A stretch of 41,475 bases of DNA from a virus (taxonomy: Duplodnaviria; Caudoviricetes). A program made the position numbers and the translations under genes. This document shows positions 17,246 to 25,490 of this stretch, in pieces. Every line of letters begins with the position of its first letter. The first letter of the stretch is position 1. The notes beneath the pieces are model-generated. The model saw only the letters and a program-made list of their open reading frames with translations. It had not been told where the DNA came from and searched no databases. The stretch spans positions 1 through 41,475 of the IMG/VR virus record IMGVR_UViG_3300036904_000029; one strand, given 5' to 3'.

Positions 17246-17644
17246 ATGAGTCACGTAGCAGAAATCGACTTGCATATCACCGATTTGGACGCTGCCGCGA
17301 AAGCGGCGGAATCCATCGGATGCGAGTTGCTAAAAAACAAAACGTCATTTAAGACATACCAACGCGGGTTGACGTGCGAGCACGTTATCAGCGTAAAAAA
17401 CAACAACTCAGCCTATCAAGCCGGGCTGCAAAAACGGACGGACGGAAAGCCGGGATACAAGCTTGTCTTTGACAATTACGGAATGGCAGGAAAGATGTTG
17501 CAAGACAAAATCGGGGTTGCTGGCAACAACTTCAAAGATCACTACGGCGCACAGGTTGCCGCAAAGGAACTGCGCAAGCAGGGATTCCGCGTCCAATTCC
17601 AAAACATTCCAACGGGAGGCGTTCGCGTAACATGCAACAAGTGA
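17246..17644 (+). CDS. DUF1257/Ycf35-like protein
   Basis: MSHxxxIxxxITD start, ends in YG...KQGF; follows the Ycf46-like ATPase. Confidence 0.7.
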   Translation: MSHVAEIDLHITDLDAAAKAAESIGCELLKNKTSFKTYQRGLTCEHVISVKNNNSAYQAGLQKRTDGKPGYKLVFDNYGMAGKMLQDKIGVAGNNFKDHYGAQVAAKELRKQGFRVQFQNIPTGGVRVTCNK

Positions 17645-17817
17645 TATTTGAAAGCGTCAACGGCGTCCCAAAAATCACCGTCAAAGGCGTTAAGGGAAAA
17701 GGCTGCAAATCCCTTACGGCGGCGGTTGAAAAAGCGTTGGGAGAAACAACAAGCAGCAAGCCAACCCATGAATACACGCAAACCGAAACCAAGCAAAACG
17801 CTTCTAATCGCCTTTAG
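17632..17817 (+). CDS. DUF2997-like protein
   Basis: VKGVKGKGCKSLTAAVEKALG...PTHEY. Confidence 0.75.
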   Translation: MQQVIFESVNGVPKITVKGVKGKGCKSLTAAVEKALGETTSSKPTHEYTQTETKQNASNRL

Positions 17818-18079
17818 GAACGGGAAGGCAATCGCAGTTTATGACGATTGCCTTCTGCCGATCCTTCAGCAAGGCGACTCAACAATAAAACGCGCTTCCA
17901 ACGTGGAACCGGAAACGGACGGTTGGAGCGCGGACTTGTCGCCGGTCAAGGGGCCGAAGATGCGCGGATTTTCAACCCGCGCGGCGGCGTTGGCGGCGGA
18001 AGTGAAATGGCTGAACAAAAACATCATCAGCGAAACCAAGAAAACGAAAGGAACCAAACGAATAAATTCTACTTCATAG
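17768..18079 (+). CDS. Conserved hypothetical partner of the AAA module
   Basis: RASNVEP...WSADLSPVKGP...TRAAALAAEVKWL. Confidence 0.65.
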   Translation: MNTRKPKPSKTLLIAFRNGKAIAVYDDCLLPILQQGDSTIKRASNVEPETDGWSADLSPVKGPKMRGFSTRAAALAAEVKWLNKNIISETKKTKGTKRINSTS

Positions 18080-18258
18080 CCCAAAGAAAAGGTTGGAGGC
18101 GTTACGGCATCATCTACGCCGACAACGCCGAAAGCCTGAAATCGGAGTTGGTCAAATATGACTGGACTCCGATCCTGATAAAGCCAGCGCCATTGGACGC
18201 GAAGCTTTACGATACGACAAAACCAATCGACACAACCACGACAGCGAAACAAGACTGA
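18007..18258 (+). CDS. Hypothetical protein
   Basis: Fills the gap before the next gene; start uncertain. Confidence 0.45.
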   Translation: MAEQKHHQRNQENERNQTNKFYFIAQRKGWRRYGIIYADNAESLKSELVKYDWTPILIKPAPLDAKLYDTTKPIDTTTTAKQD

Positions 18259-18275
18259 CAAAAAGACAAACCAAC

Positions 18276-19169
18276 ATGACTAAAACAAAAACATCCATCG
18301 AAGAAAAAAGCGTATTGCTTGTGCTTGAATTCAAGCTAATGGGCAACACGCGCACCGTTGATAACCGCCAAGTGACGGTTGACGCTGAAAAAGACAGAAC
18401 CAAGACAACCAAAAAGCTGATTGAGTCCCCGGCTTTTGATGCAATCCGTTCGCACGATTCCAAGACTCGCGCATTCCTTTACTCGCGCTCGCTTCCGTCC
18501 CTTTTCAAAGAGGGGGTTTTCAGAATTCCAAACACGTTCGTTGCGGACGTGGACGATTACCTGATTGCGCGCGCCACGGAACGCAAGGCATTGGTGAAGG
18601 AATTCCGCAAGGAATACGTCAACGCCGTAAAAGAGGCGGCGACGGACTTGCGATCCCTGTTCAACCCGGCGGACTACCCGCACGCCGACGACATAACAGC
18701 GGAATTCAACCTGCAATGGAGCTACGTCGCGTTCTCAACACCCGACACGCTTAAAGGCATCAAGTCCGGGCTGTTTGAGCGCGAGAAAAAAAAGACGGCG
18801 GAACTATTCCGATCCGCCAATGAGGAAATCAAAAACCTACTGCGCGCAAGCACGGCGGAACTTGTCAACTTCATGGTTGAAAAGCTTTCCACCAAACCCG
18901 GCGAGAAAACAAAACGCATCCATGAAAGCACGATAGCGAAGTATCAAGACTTCCTTGCGACGTTTGACGCGCGCAACTTGGTTGACGACACGGAACTAAA
19001 GGGGATCGTGGACAAGGCAAAAAAACTGATAAGCACGGCAAGCGTTGACGACCTAAAGGAAGGCGGCGCGTTGCGCGAGAAAGTGAAAGAAGGATTCACG
19101 GCGATCAAATCGGAAATCGACAAGATGATTGTCGTCAACCCGGCCCGCAAATTCTCTTTCGAGGATTAG
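18276..19169 (+). CDS. DUF3150-like helical protein
   Basis: KKLI...LFNPADYP...F.L.W pattern, about 300 aa, associated with the AAA module. Confidence 0.6.
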   Translation: MTKTKTSIEEKSVLLVLEFKLMGNTRTVDNRQVTVDAEKDRTKTTKKLIESPAFDAIRSHDSKTRAFLYSRSLPSLFKEGVFRIPNTFVADVDDYLIARATERKALVKEFRKEYVNAVKEAATDLRSLFNPADYPHADDITAEFNLQWSYVAFSTPDTLKGIKSGLFEREKKKTAELFRSANEEIKNLLRASTAELVNFMVEKLSTKPGEKTKRIHESTIAKYQDFLATFDARNLVDDTELKGIVDKAKKLISTASVDDLKEGGALREKVKEGFTAIKSEIDKMIVVNPARKFSFED

Positions 19170-19182
19170 CGGCAACAACCAA

Positions 19183-19217
19183 TCCCGGCGGGAACCAAAA
19201 CCGCCGGGAACGCTTTT
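19183..19217 (+). terminator. Probable terminator hairpin
   Basis: tcccggcgg/ccgccggga stem, short T run. Confidence 0.55.
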
Positions 19218-19223
19218 GAAAAA

Positions 19224-19239
19224 GTTGCGTCAACGCAAC
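19224..19239. repeat. 16-bp palindromic motif, copy 6 (intergenic)
   Basis: GTTGCGTCAACGCAAC. Confidence 0.9.
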
Positions 19240-19253
19240 CCGTAAAATAAAAC

Positions 19254-19282
19254 TTGCGCGGTTACGATATATCGCACAAGAT
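19254..19282 (+). promoter_or_regulatory. Promoter with 18-bp operator
   Basis: TTGCGC-N17-CAAGAT with GTTACGATATATCGCACA at 19261. Confidence 0.65.
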
Positions 19283-19293
19283 GAATTACTGAA

Positions 19294-19542
19294 ATGGCAA
19301 CGAAACCAACACGGCTGGAAAAAGTGATGCAACTTGCGGCAGGCGCAATCAAAGCCAGCGGCATATCCGTTGAAGTTCTCGCGACGGAAATAGGACACCC
19401 GAAAAAATACCGGCAGATTTACCCTTGGTTGGACAACAGGATTCCGCCGGGGGGAGAAATGACACTTGAAATATGCGCGTGGTTGCACCGTCATAGCCCA
19501 AAAACGCGCAAGGCATTGGAAGTGATCCTTGCCGAAAAATAA
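19294..19542 (+). CDS. XRE/Cro-like HTH repressor
   Basis: SGISVEVLATEIG...QIYPWL...PPGGEMTLEICAWL; operator directly upstream. Confidence 0.6.
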   Translation: MATKPTRLEKVMQLAAGAIKASGISVEVLATEIGHPKKYRQIYPWLDNRIPPGGEMTLEICAWLHRHSPKTRKALEVILAEK

Positions 19543-19558
19543 AATCCCAACATCAAAC

Positions 19559-20434
19559 ATGAAAACACAAACAACCCGAAAGGAACAAAACAACATGGCT
19601 ACCAAAGCCGACAAAGACAAACTGGCGAAAGGCGCTGCCGCAATCCGCAAAGCCGACGCTGAAAGAAAGAAAAAGAACAAAAAGACACCGCCCGCCGATC
19701 AACTTCCGGCGCTGCCCGATGTCACCGCAAGCGAGCGCCCGATTGGGGAACTGCTTACGGAGCGCGTGCAAATCGACACAACGCACCTGAGCGTGACACT
19801 TAGCAAGGAAACGCCTTTTGGCGAATACCTGCCGATCTTCGACTACTTCCGCGACACGGCGGAACATGCCGGATTCATGCTTGGGGACATCATCAACCAA
19901 GGGAAGGCGATCTACGGTGCGACGTACGAGGGCATCATGGCAAAGACGGGACGCGCAAAGCAAACACTGGAAATCTACGCCACAACATCGGCGCACGTTC
20001 CGGCGAACATCCGCGAACCGGCGCTGACATTCACGCATCATCGCGAAGTCGCGGCGATCCCGGACAAAAAGGATCAAATCGCGCTGCTTAAAGATGCGAA
20101 GAAAAACAAGTGGAGCGTGTCGGAACTGCGCGCCGCCGCCAAGCCGAAGAAACCCAAAAAGGAACCGCGCAAGCCAAAGGCAAACGCCAATCCGCGCAAG
20201 ACCAAGAAAGGCAAGCCGGCCCCGCCGCCATACGAACCAAGCGCCGACGAAACCGCACAGGTTGACGCGGCATTGGAAGCGTTGCGCGGGACGGACGCGG
20301 AACATCTGACAGCCGGATTCAAAACACTGGCGATCAAACTGAGCAACAAAACCAAAAAGGAAATCAGCGCCGCGCTTGCCCCGTACGCCGAACTGAAAAA
20401 GGCAATCGACGACAAAACCGGATACGGAGATTAA
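19559..20434 (+). CDS. LmbU-like DNA-binding protein (ParB/Spo0J-type HTH core) with Lys-rich flanks
   Basis: FMLGD...G...YG.TY......TG...QTL..Y......R...LTFTHHREVA...Q..LL..A....WSVSELR; alternative start 19595. Confidence 0.7.
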   Translation: MKTQTTRKEQNNMATKADKDKLAKGAAAIRKADAERKKKNKKTPPADQLPALPDVTASERPIGELLTERVQIDTTHLSVTLSKETPFGEYLPIFDYFRDTAEHAGFMLGDIINQGKAIYGATYEGIMAKTGRAKQTLEIYATTSAHVPANIREPALTFTHHREVAAIPDKKDQIALLKDAKKNKWSVSELRAAAKPKKPKKEPRKPKANANPRKTKKGKPAPPPYEPSADETAQVDAALEALRGTDAEHLTAGFKTLAIKLSNKTKKEISAALAPYAELKKAIDDKTGYGD

Positions 20435-20451
20435 CCGCGTCCACGGCATAT

Positions 20452-20481
20452 TGCCCGGCTGGAAACAATACCAGCCGGGCA
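20452..20481. other. GC-rich hairpin after the LmbU-like gene
   Basis: tgcccggctgg-N8-ccagccgggca, no T tract. Confidence 0.55.
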
Positions 20482-20506
20482 GCACCGGAACCAATATCAC
20501 AAAATC

Positions 20507-21106
20507 ATGTTAGACATTGACAAAATAATTCAACGCGCGGCTGAAATTAAAGGCAGCTCACTTAGCCCGTTTCATTGCGCCATAATCTGCGCGCTTTGCG
20601 AAGCGATCAACACGGAAAACTATCCGCCGGAAATAAGCGAAAAAATACCCGTGATGATAGGCGACAAAAAAGTGATGATGGATGAACAGTCCGCCGCAAT
20701 CATCGAAAGCCGCAACCTGACAAATCAAAAACTGCAAAAGGAATCTGCAAGCAGGGCAAGCTATTACGACAAAGTGATTGCCGAACTTCTCAAGGGGCAG
20801 CAAGAATTAAACATTCAGGGCAAACAAGCAATGGGGCGTGCGTTGGACTTGGAGAGCGAATTAACGGAATGCAAGGAAATCATCAAACAGCGTGGCGAAC
20901 TGCTTGACGCAAAGGGGCAGCAACTAAGGGAAGCGCAAGCGACAATCGAATTGCTGCGAAAGGTTATAGGGCATCATATCGAAACGAAATGCGCAAGCTG
21001 CCAAGCTGCAATCACGTTCCCGTTGATTGGCTGCTTTTACCTAACGGATTCAAAGCTGCTTTGCCGGGAATGCACAAGCCGGATGTTCAACGAAAACAAA
21101 CCATGA
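20507..21106 (+). CDS. Coiled-coil protein with C-terminal CxxC...CxxC zinc ribbon
   Basis: CASC...CREC. Confidence 0.65.
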   Translation: MLDIDKIIQRAAEIKGSSLSPFHCAIICALCEAINTENYPPEISEKIPVMIGDKKVMMDEQSAAIIESRNLTNQKLQKESASRASYYDKVIAELLKGQQELNIQGKQAMGRALDLESELTECKEIIKQRGELLDAKGQQLREAQATIELLRKVIGHHIETKCASCQAAITFPLIGCFYLTDSKLLCRECTSRMFNENKP

Positions 21107-21516
21107 ACTTCAACGCACACGAACAAGACGACGTTTGCGATTGCCTCTTTTGCAGAATCCAGCGGGGCGCATTGAAAGAATGCGGCGGCAATCTTGCAAA
21201 GGGGCTGGCAGCCGCACAGCAAAACGAACATTACATCCACCAAGCAATCAAGCTGGCGGAATGGGGCGGAATGAATCCGGCGTTTTTCGACAACGCAAAC
21301 GCCGTGAACAAACAATACGGAAACCCGGATGCGCATGAGAGCTTCCAAAAACTCTGCGAGGGGTTGAAATCAGTTGTTAAGCAAATCGAAGAAATTGTAA
21401 TCGAATCAGGTTGGGGACATTTCGAGAAAAAGCAATCGCCACAAAGCCAGCCAAAGAAAACAAAGGCGCTGAAAAGGCTTGGAAAATCCGCCAAGGCCAA
21501 TTTCAGCAAAAGCTGA
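21103..21516 (+). CDS. Hypothetical protein
   Basis: ATGA-coupled; CDCLFC motif. Confidence 0.6.
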   Translation: MNFNAHEQDDVCDCLFCRIQRGALKECGGNLAKGLAAAQQNEHYIHQAIKLAEWGGMNPAFFDNANAVNKQYGNPDAHESFQKLCEGLKSVVKQIEEIVIESGWGHFEKKQSPQSQPKKTKALKRLGKSAKANFSKS

Positions 21517-21518
21517 CA

Positions 21519-21716
21519 ATGGGAAAATCCTTCCAACTCGAATCAGTCACGATCCCAAAGCGCGCGGAAATTACAATCAACGTACGACCGGAAGGGCGCG
21601 GAACAGACATCCAAACAACGCTGCGCATCAACGCAGACGACAGCATAACAATCATTGGCGACATAGGAGAGGGTATCCCGGCCCCAATCTACCCAACCCA
21701 AAAACAAGAAAGGTAA
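21519..21716 (+). CDS. Hypothetical protein
   Basis: Packed ORF. Confidence 0.5.
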   Translation: MGKSFQLESVTIPKRAEITINVRPEGRGTDIQTTLRINADDSITIIGDIGEGIPAPIYPTQKQER

Positions 21717-21720
21717 AAAT

Positions 21721-21906
21721 ATGACAAAACTAATTGTCACAATCATCGCGGGCGCAACGCTCGCATTCGCAGTTCACAAAGCGCCCGAAAATGTAAAGCA
21801 CGCCATTGGCCTAAAGCCTGTGCCAGCAAAAGCGATCCCAACGCCAAAGCCGCCAACCAAGCGTAACGCATGGCATAGCAGCTTAGATGGTCCTGTAACA
21901 AGGTAA
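21721..21906 (+). CDS. Small protein with signal peptide/TM segment
   Basis: MTKLIVTIIAGATLAFA; SD-like aaaggt upstream. Confidence 0.55.
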   Translation: MTKLIVTIIAGATLAFAVHKAPENVKHAIGLKPVPAKAIPTPKPPTKRNAWHSSLDGPVTR

Positions 21907-22081
21907 CGAAAATGTTCACGCAAATATCGCCCCGCCCCACCGGGATAAGGAATCTCTTTCGACCTTCAAACGCCCAATAGGGTCGCGAAGCCGCGCTTTC
22001 TCCCCGCGTGCATGACATTTTCCAATTCAGGTTACACTACAAACGCCAGCCAAAGAGTTTTGTGACAGCAACCAAGCAGAT

Positions 22082-22582
22082 ATGCCGCGAAAAAAGAAAC
22101 GTCCCGCCACGGTCAAAGCACGGAGCGGATACGTTGCAACGAAGGTTGCGCTTGCCGTCGCGCTGGACATTGCGCGGACGGAGCTTTATCGGGACTTCCG
22201 GCAACCGGGACATCCGGGAAAAACAAAGCAGGGATACAGCGTTGAAAAATGGAAACAATTCCGGCAGACGGCGCGACCGGCGGCGACAAGTTCAAAGCAA
22301 AACGCGGAAATCGAATACAAGCGCGCGCAGACACGGAATCTTGATTTCGATTTTGCCGTCAAACGGAAGGATTATCTTCCGTGCAAGGATGTCAACGAAA
22401 CGATTGCAAGCGCGAACGCGATTGTTACGCGGGAGTTTTTGAAATTGGAATACGAACTTCCGCCGCACTTGGAAGGATTGGCAGTAGAAGAAATCCGGGT
22501 TGAGTTGGGGCGTGCGATCCGGGAAGTATTGAAAAACCTGCCAAAGAAATTCAAAGGCACGGAACCGGAAAAAGGTAAATGA
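22082..22582 (+). CDS. terS: Terminase small subunit (Nu1-like)
   Basis: N-terminal HTH plus coiled coil, ATGA-coupled to terL. Confidence 0.75.
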   Translation: MPRKKKRPATVKARSGYVATKVALAVALDIARTELYRDFRQPGHPGKTKQGYSVEKWKQFRQTARPAATSSKQNAEIEYKRAQTRNLDFDFAVKRKDYLPCKDVNETIASANAIVTREFLKLEYELPPHLEGLAVEEIRVELGRAIREVLKNLPKKFKGTEPEKGK

Positions 22583-24570
22583 TTCTGAAAAGCATTTACC
22601 GGGAATATGAACGGAGTTTGCAGCCGCCGGATGATGAACCGATTTACGAATGGGCGCGGCACAGGATCAAACTTGATTCAACGTCCCCGATAGCCGGATA
22701 TTATCGGATCGAAAACTCGCCTTGGCTGCGCGAAATCTTCCACGCCTTCCAAGCGCCGGAAACCCGAATGGTTACAAGCTTGGGGCCGAACCAAGGCGGA
22801 CGCACGAAGGCGATGGAAGTCGCAAGCATTTGGAGCGTCAAGCACCGGGCAGGCCCAATGCAATGGAACGGAAGCAAAGACGACAAGGCGGAAGCGTTTG
22901 CGGAAAAGCGTTGGTGGCCGATGGCGCGCAGTTGCGCCGAAATCGTGGACATGCTCCCTGACGGCGGAACGGGAATGGGGGACGCTCGGCACAAGGTTCG
23001 CAAGGCTTCCGTGATCTTCAAAAACGGAATGCCATTCACAATACAGGGGAGCGCGCCGGGGAACTTGCAGGAAGATTCGATAATGACGCAGTTCAACGAT
23101 GAGTGTTTCCAATGGCCGGTTGGCCGGCTGGAAGATGCTTGGATACGGTGCAACGTCGCATACGCATGGAATCACAAAATTTGGAACGGCAGCGTTGCCG
23201 GGCTTGAAGATGACGACGTGGACAAAACTTTCAAAGAGGGAACACAGGAAGAATGGCATTGGAAGTGTTTGAATCCGGCGTGCGGACATCTTCAAATCCC
23301 GCGATGGGGAAGGCGCGAAGAAAAAGGGGGGATCAAATGGGAGGAAAATGAATTCACCCGGCCAAAGGGGGAATGGAGTTACGTAGCGGTTGCCAAGACT
23401 GTTTATTACGAATGCGAATCATGCGGACAAAAATGGGCGGACACACCGCGCTCGCGACGGCTGCTAAACCATGGCGCGTGCTATGTTGCCAAGAATCCGG
23501 GCGCTGGAATAAAACACCGTTCATTCCGGTTCAACATCCTTACCGTGAACTGGCCCGGATTGAATTGGGCGCAATGGGTTGTCGAATTCCTGAAAGCGGT
23601 AAAAGCTTCCCGGCACACCGGAAACCATGAACCGCTTAGACTTTTTTGGACAAGGCGCATGGTTGATCCGTGGAACGAACAGCGGCATATCAACAGCAAC
23701 CGGCGGATAATCGTTTCCGATTACAAGCTTTACCCAAACGCCGGGGACAAAAATTTCTACATCGCGAACAAATGGGAAAATGAGGCATACCGGTTCATGG
23801 CAAACGACAAGCAGGAAATCGGCTACTGGTATGCGATCCGGGCGGCGCGGCAGAACGGGGAAAGCAGACTGATTGAAAGGGGGAACCTTTCGAGCTATTC
23901 GGAAATTGACGCCAAGGCGAAAGAGTTTCGCGTGATCCCAAAGCGCACTCTGATTGATTGCAGCTATGAACCAAGGGAAGTGTTCGCGTCAGCAATCAAA
24001 TACGGTTGGACATGCTTTGCGGGCGACGACCGGCCAAGCTTCAAGTATTCCGTGAAAGTCAGCGACGGACGCGGCGGCGAAAAGATACTGAAAATCGAAT
24101 CTCCCCACAGCGATCCGTCACAACCGCTTTGGGGCGATCCGGGCATGGGAGGAAGCAAGCAGCAACTAAACGCACGCGCCACAACCCGGATACTCGCGCG
24201 AAAATTCCTTTGGAGCACGCTTGCCATAAAAGACATGCTGACAGCGGCAAAACAGGGGCGCTCAATTTATTGGGGAGTCCCGTCCGATTGCGGGGACGAA
24301 TACCTGAAACAAATCAACTCTGAAATAAAGTTTCGCGTCCGCACCCGGAACGGGCCGGAAACATTCCGTTACACAAATTCCAATGCCAAGGGAACGGGAT
24401 CAAAGCGTCCAAACCATTATTGGGATTGCGAGTGCATGATTTTTTGCGCCATGATAATGCAAGGGTTGATTGACATAAGCGGATGGAACGGCGATTCAAG
24501 CGAGACAATCGAAAGTTGCGTTGACGCAACCGGCGAAGATGATGCTAAAACGGAAAGCGCCCAAACATGA
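22579..24570 (+). CDS. terL: Terminase large subunit, lambda GpA family
   Basis: SPWLREI, QGGRT (Walker A variant), FNDE (Walker B), CxxxC/CxxC zinc ribbon, NHYWDCE. Confidence 0.9.
   Translation: MILKSIYREYERSLQPPDDEPIYEWARHRIKLDSTSPIAGYYRIENSPWLREIFHAFQAPETRMVTSLGPNQGGRTKAMEVASIWSVKHRAGPMQWNGSKDDKAEAFAEKRWWPMARSCAEIVDMLPDGGTGMGDARHKVRKASVIFKNGMPFTIQGSAPGNLQEDSIMTQFNDECFQWPVGRLEDAWIRCNVAYAWNHKIWNGSVAGLEDDDVDKTFKEGTQEEWHWKCLNPACGHLQIPRWGRREEKGGIKWEENEFTRPKGEWSYVAVAKTVYYECESCGQKWADTPRSRRLLNHGACYVAKNPGAGIKHRSFRFNILTVNWPGLNWAQWVVEFLKAVKASRHTGNHEPLRLFWTRRMVDPWNEQRHINSNRRIIVSDYKLYPNAGDKNFYIANKWENEAYRFMANDKQEIGYWYAIRAARQNGESRLIERGNLSSYSEIDAKAKEFRVIPKRTLIDCSYEPREVFASAIKYGWTCFAGDDRPSFKYSVKVSDGRGGEKILKIESPHSDPSQPLWGDPGMGGSKQQLNARATTRILARKFLWSTLAIKDMLTAAKQGRSIYWGVPSDCGDEYLKQINSEIKFRVRTRNGPETFRYTNSNAKGTGSKRPNHYWDCECMIFCAMIMQGLIDISGWNGDSSETIESCVDATGEDDAKTESAQT
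24515..24530. repeat. 16-bp palindromic motif, copy 7
   Basis: GTTGCGTTGACGCAAC in the terL 3' end. Confidence 0.9.
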
Positions 24571-25199
24571 AAGTGCTTGTCGCGTGTGAATGTTCCGGTA
24601 GAGTCAGGGAGGCATTTAGAAAACGCGGGCATGATGCTTGGTCGTGCGATATAAAACCAAGTGAAGATGGCTCGCTGTTCCATATTCAAGACGACGTTTT
24701 AAGCGTCATGGCAAAAAATTGGGACTTAATGATTGCGCACCCGCCATGTACTTACCTTTCTTTTGTTGGGAACAGGTGGAATAAAAACAATCCAGAGCGG
24801 CAAAAGAAACGCGAGGAAGCGATGGGTTTCTTTATGGCGTGTTACAATGCGTCAATTAAAAAAGTGTGCATCGAAAATCCAAGAGGATACCCTATGACGA
24901 TTTTTAAAAAACCAACCCAAACAATTCAGCCGTACTGGTTTGGTGACAATGAAATGAAAACGACTTGCCTGTGGCTTAGGGGGTTGCCAAAATTGCAAAC
25001 AAAACTGGGAATGACTTTGTTTGGAGAGTGTGAACTTATAAAGCCGGAGCCGTATTATTTGCTATCCAGCAAAAACGGAATGGGAAAAAAGATATATTTT
25101 ACTGAAGCAATAAAAGGAATGTCAGCAAAAGAAAGACAATGCGCGCGATCCAGGACTTTCCCAGGAATCGCAAACGCAATGGCCGAACAATGGGGCTGA
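24567..25199 (+). CDS. Phage-type DNA cytosine methyltransferase
   Basis: VLVACECSG, AWSCD, IAHPPCTYL (PC), IENP, RSRTFPGIANAMAEQWG. Confidence 0.8.
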   Translation: MKVLVACECSGRVREAFRKRGHDAWSCDIKPSEDGSLFHIQDDVLSVMAKNWDLMIAHPPCTYLSFVGNRWNKNNPERQKKREEAMGFFMACYNASIKKVCIENPRGYPMTIFKKPTQTIQPYWFGDNEMKTTCLWLRGLPKLQTKLGMTLFGECELIKPEPYYLLSSKNGMGKKIYFTEAIKGMSAKERQCARSRTFPGIANAMAEQWG

Positions 25200-25244
25200 A
25201 ACAACAGCCTTGCCAGTGGCATAAAAAGAGTCTATAAGTCGCGA

Positions 25245-25484
25245 ATGGCTTTGTCAGACAATCCCTTTATAGGCTTGGACGCCGTGCAGATTCAACAACT
25301 TCAAACAACTTGGCTGCAATGTTTGAATGACATTGCAACAGCCGGGCAAAGCTACACGCTTGGGCGATCCTTCACCCGCGCGAACCTGCCCGAAGTCCGT
25401 AACATACTTTCCGAGTTGAGCATTGCGTTGCGATACATAAACGGAAAGCTTGTTTCCAATGCCCAGCCAAGATTTTGCCGGTAA
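25245..25484 (+). CDS. Head-to-tail joining protein (gpW-like)
   Basis: GQSYTLGRSFTRANL; position between terL and portal. Confidence 0.7.
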   Translation: MALSDNPFIGLDAVQIQQLQTTWLQCLNDIATAGQSYTLGRSFTRANLPEVRNILSELSIALRYINGKLVSNAQPRFCR

Positions 25485-25490
25485 CGGGCA

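Noticed and set aside
19553-20500. 315-aa minus-strand ORF (and similar ones at 9116-9853, 15744-16349, 25254-25910, 27663-28301)
   Set aside because: Antisense shadows of recognisable + strand genes
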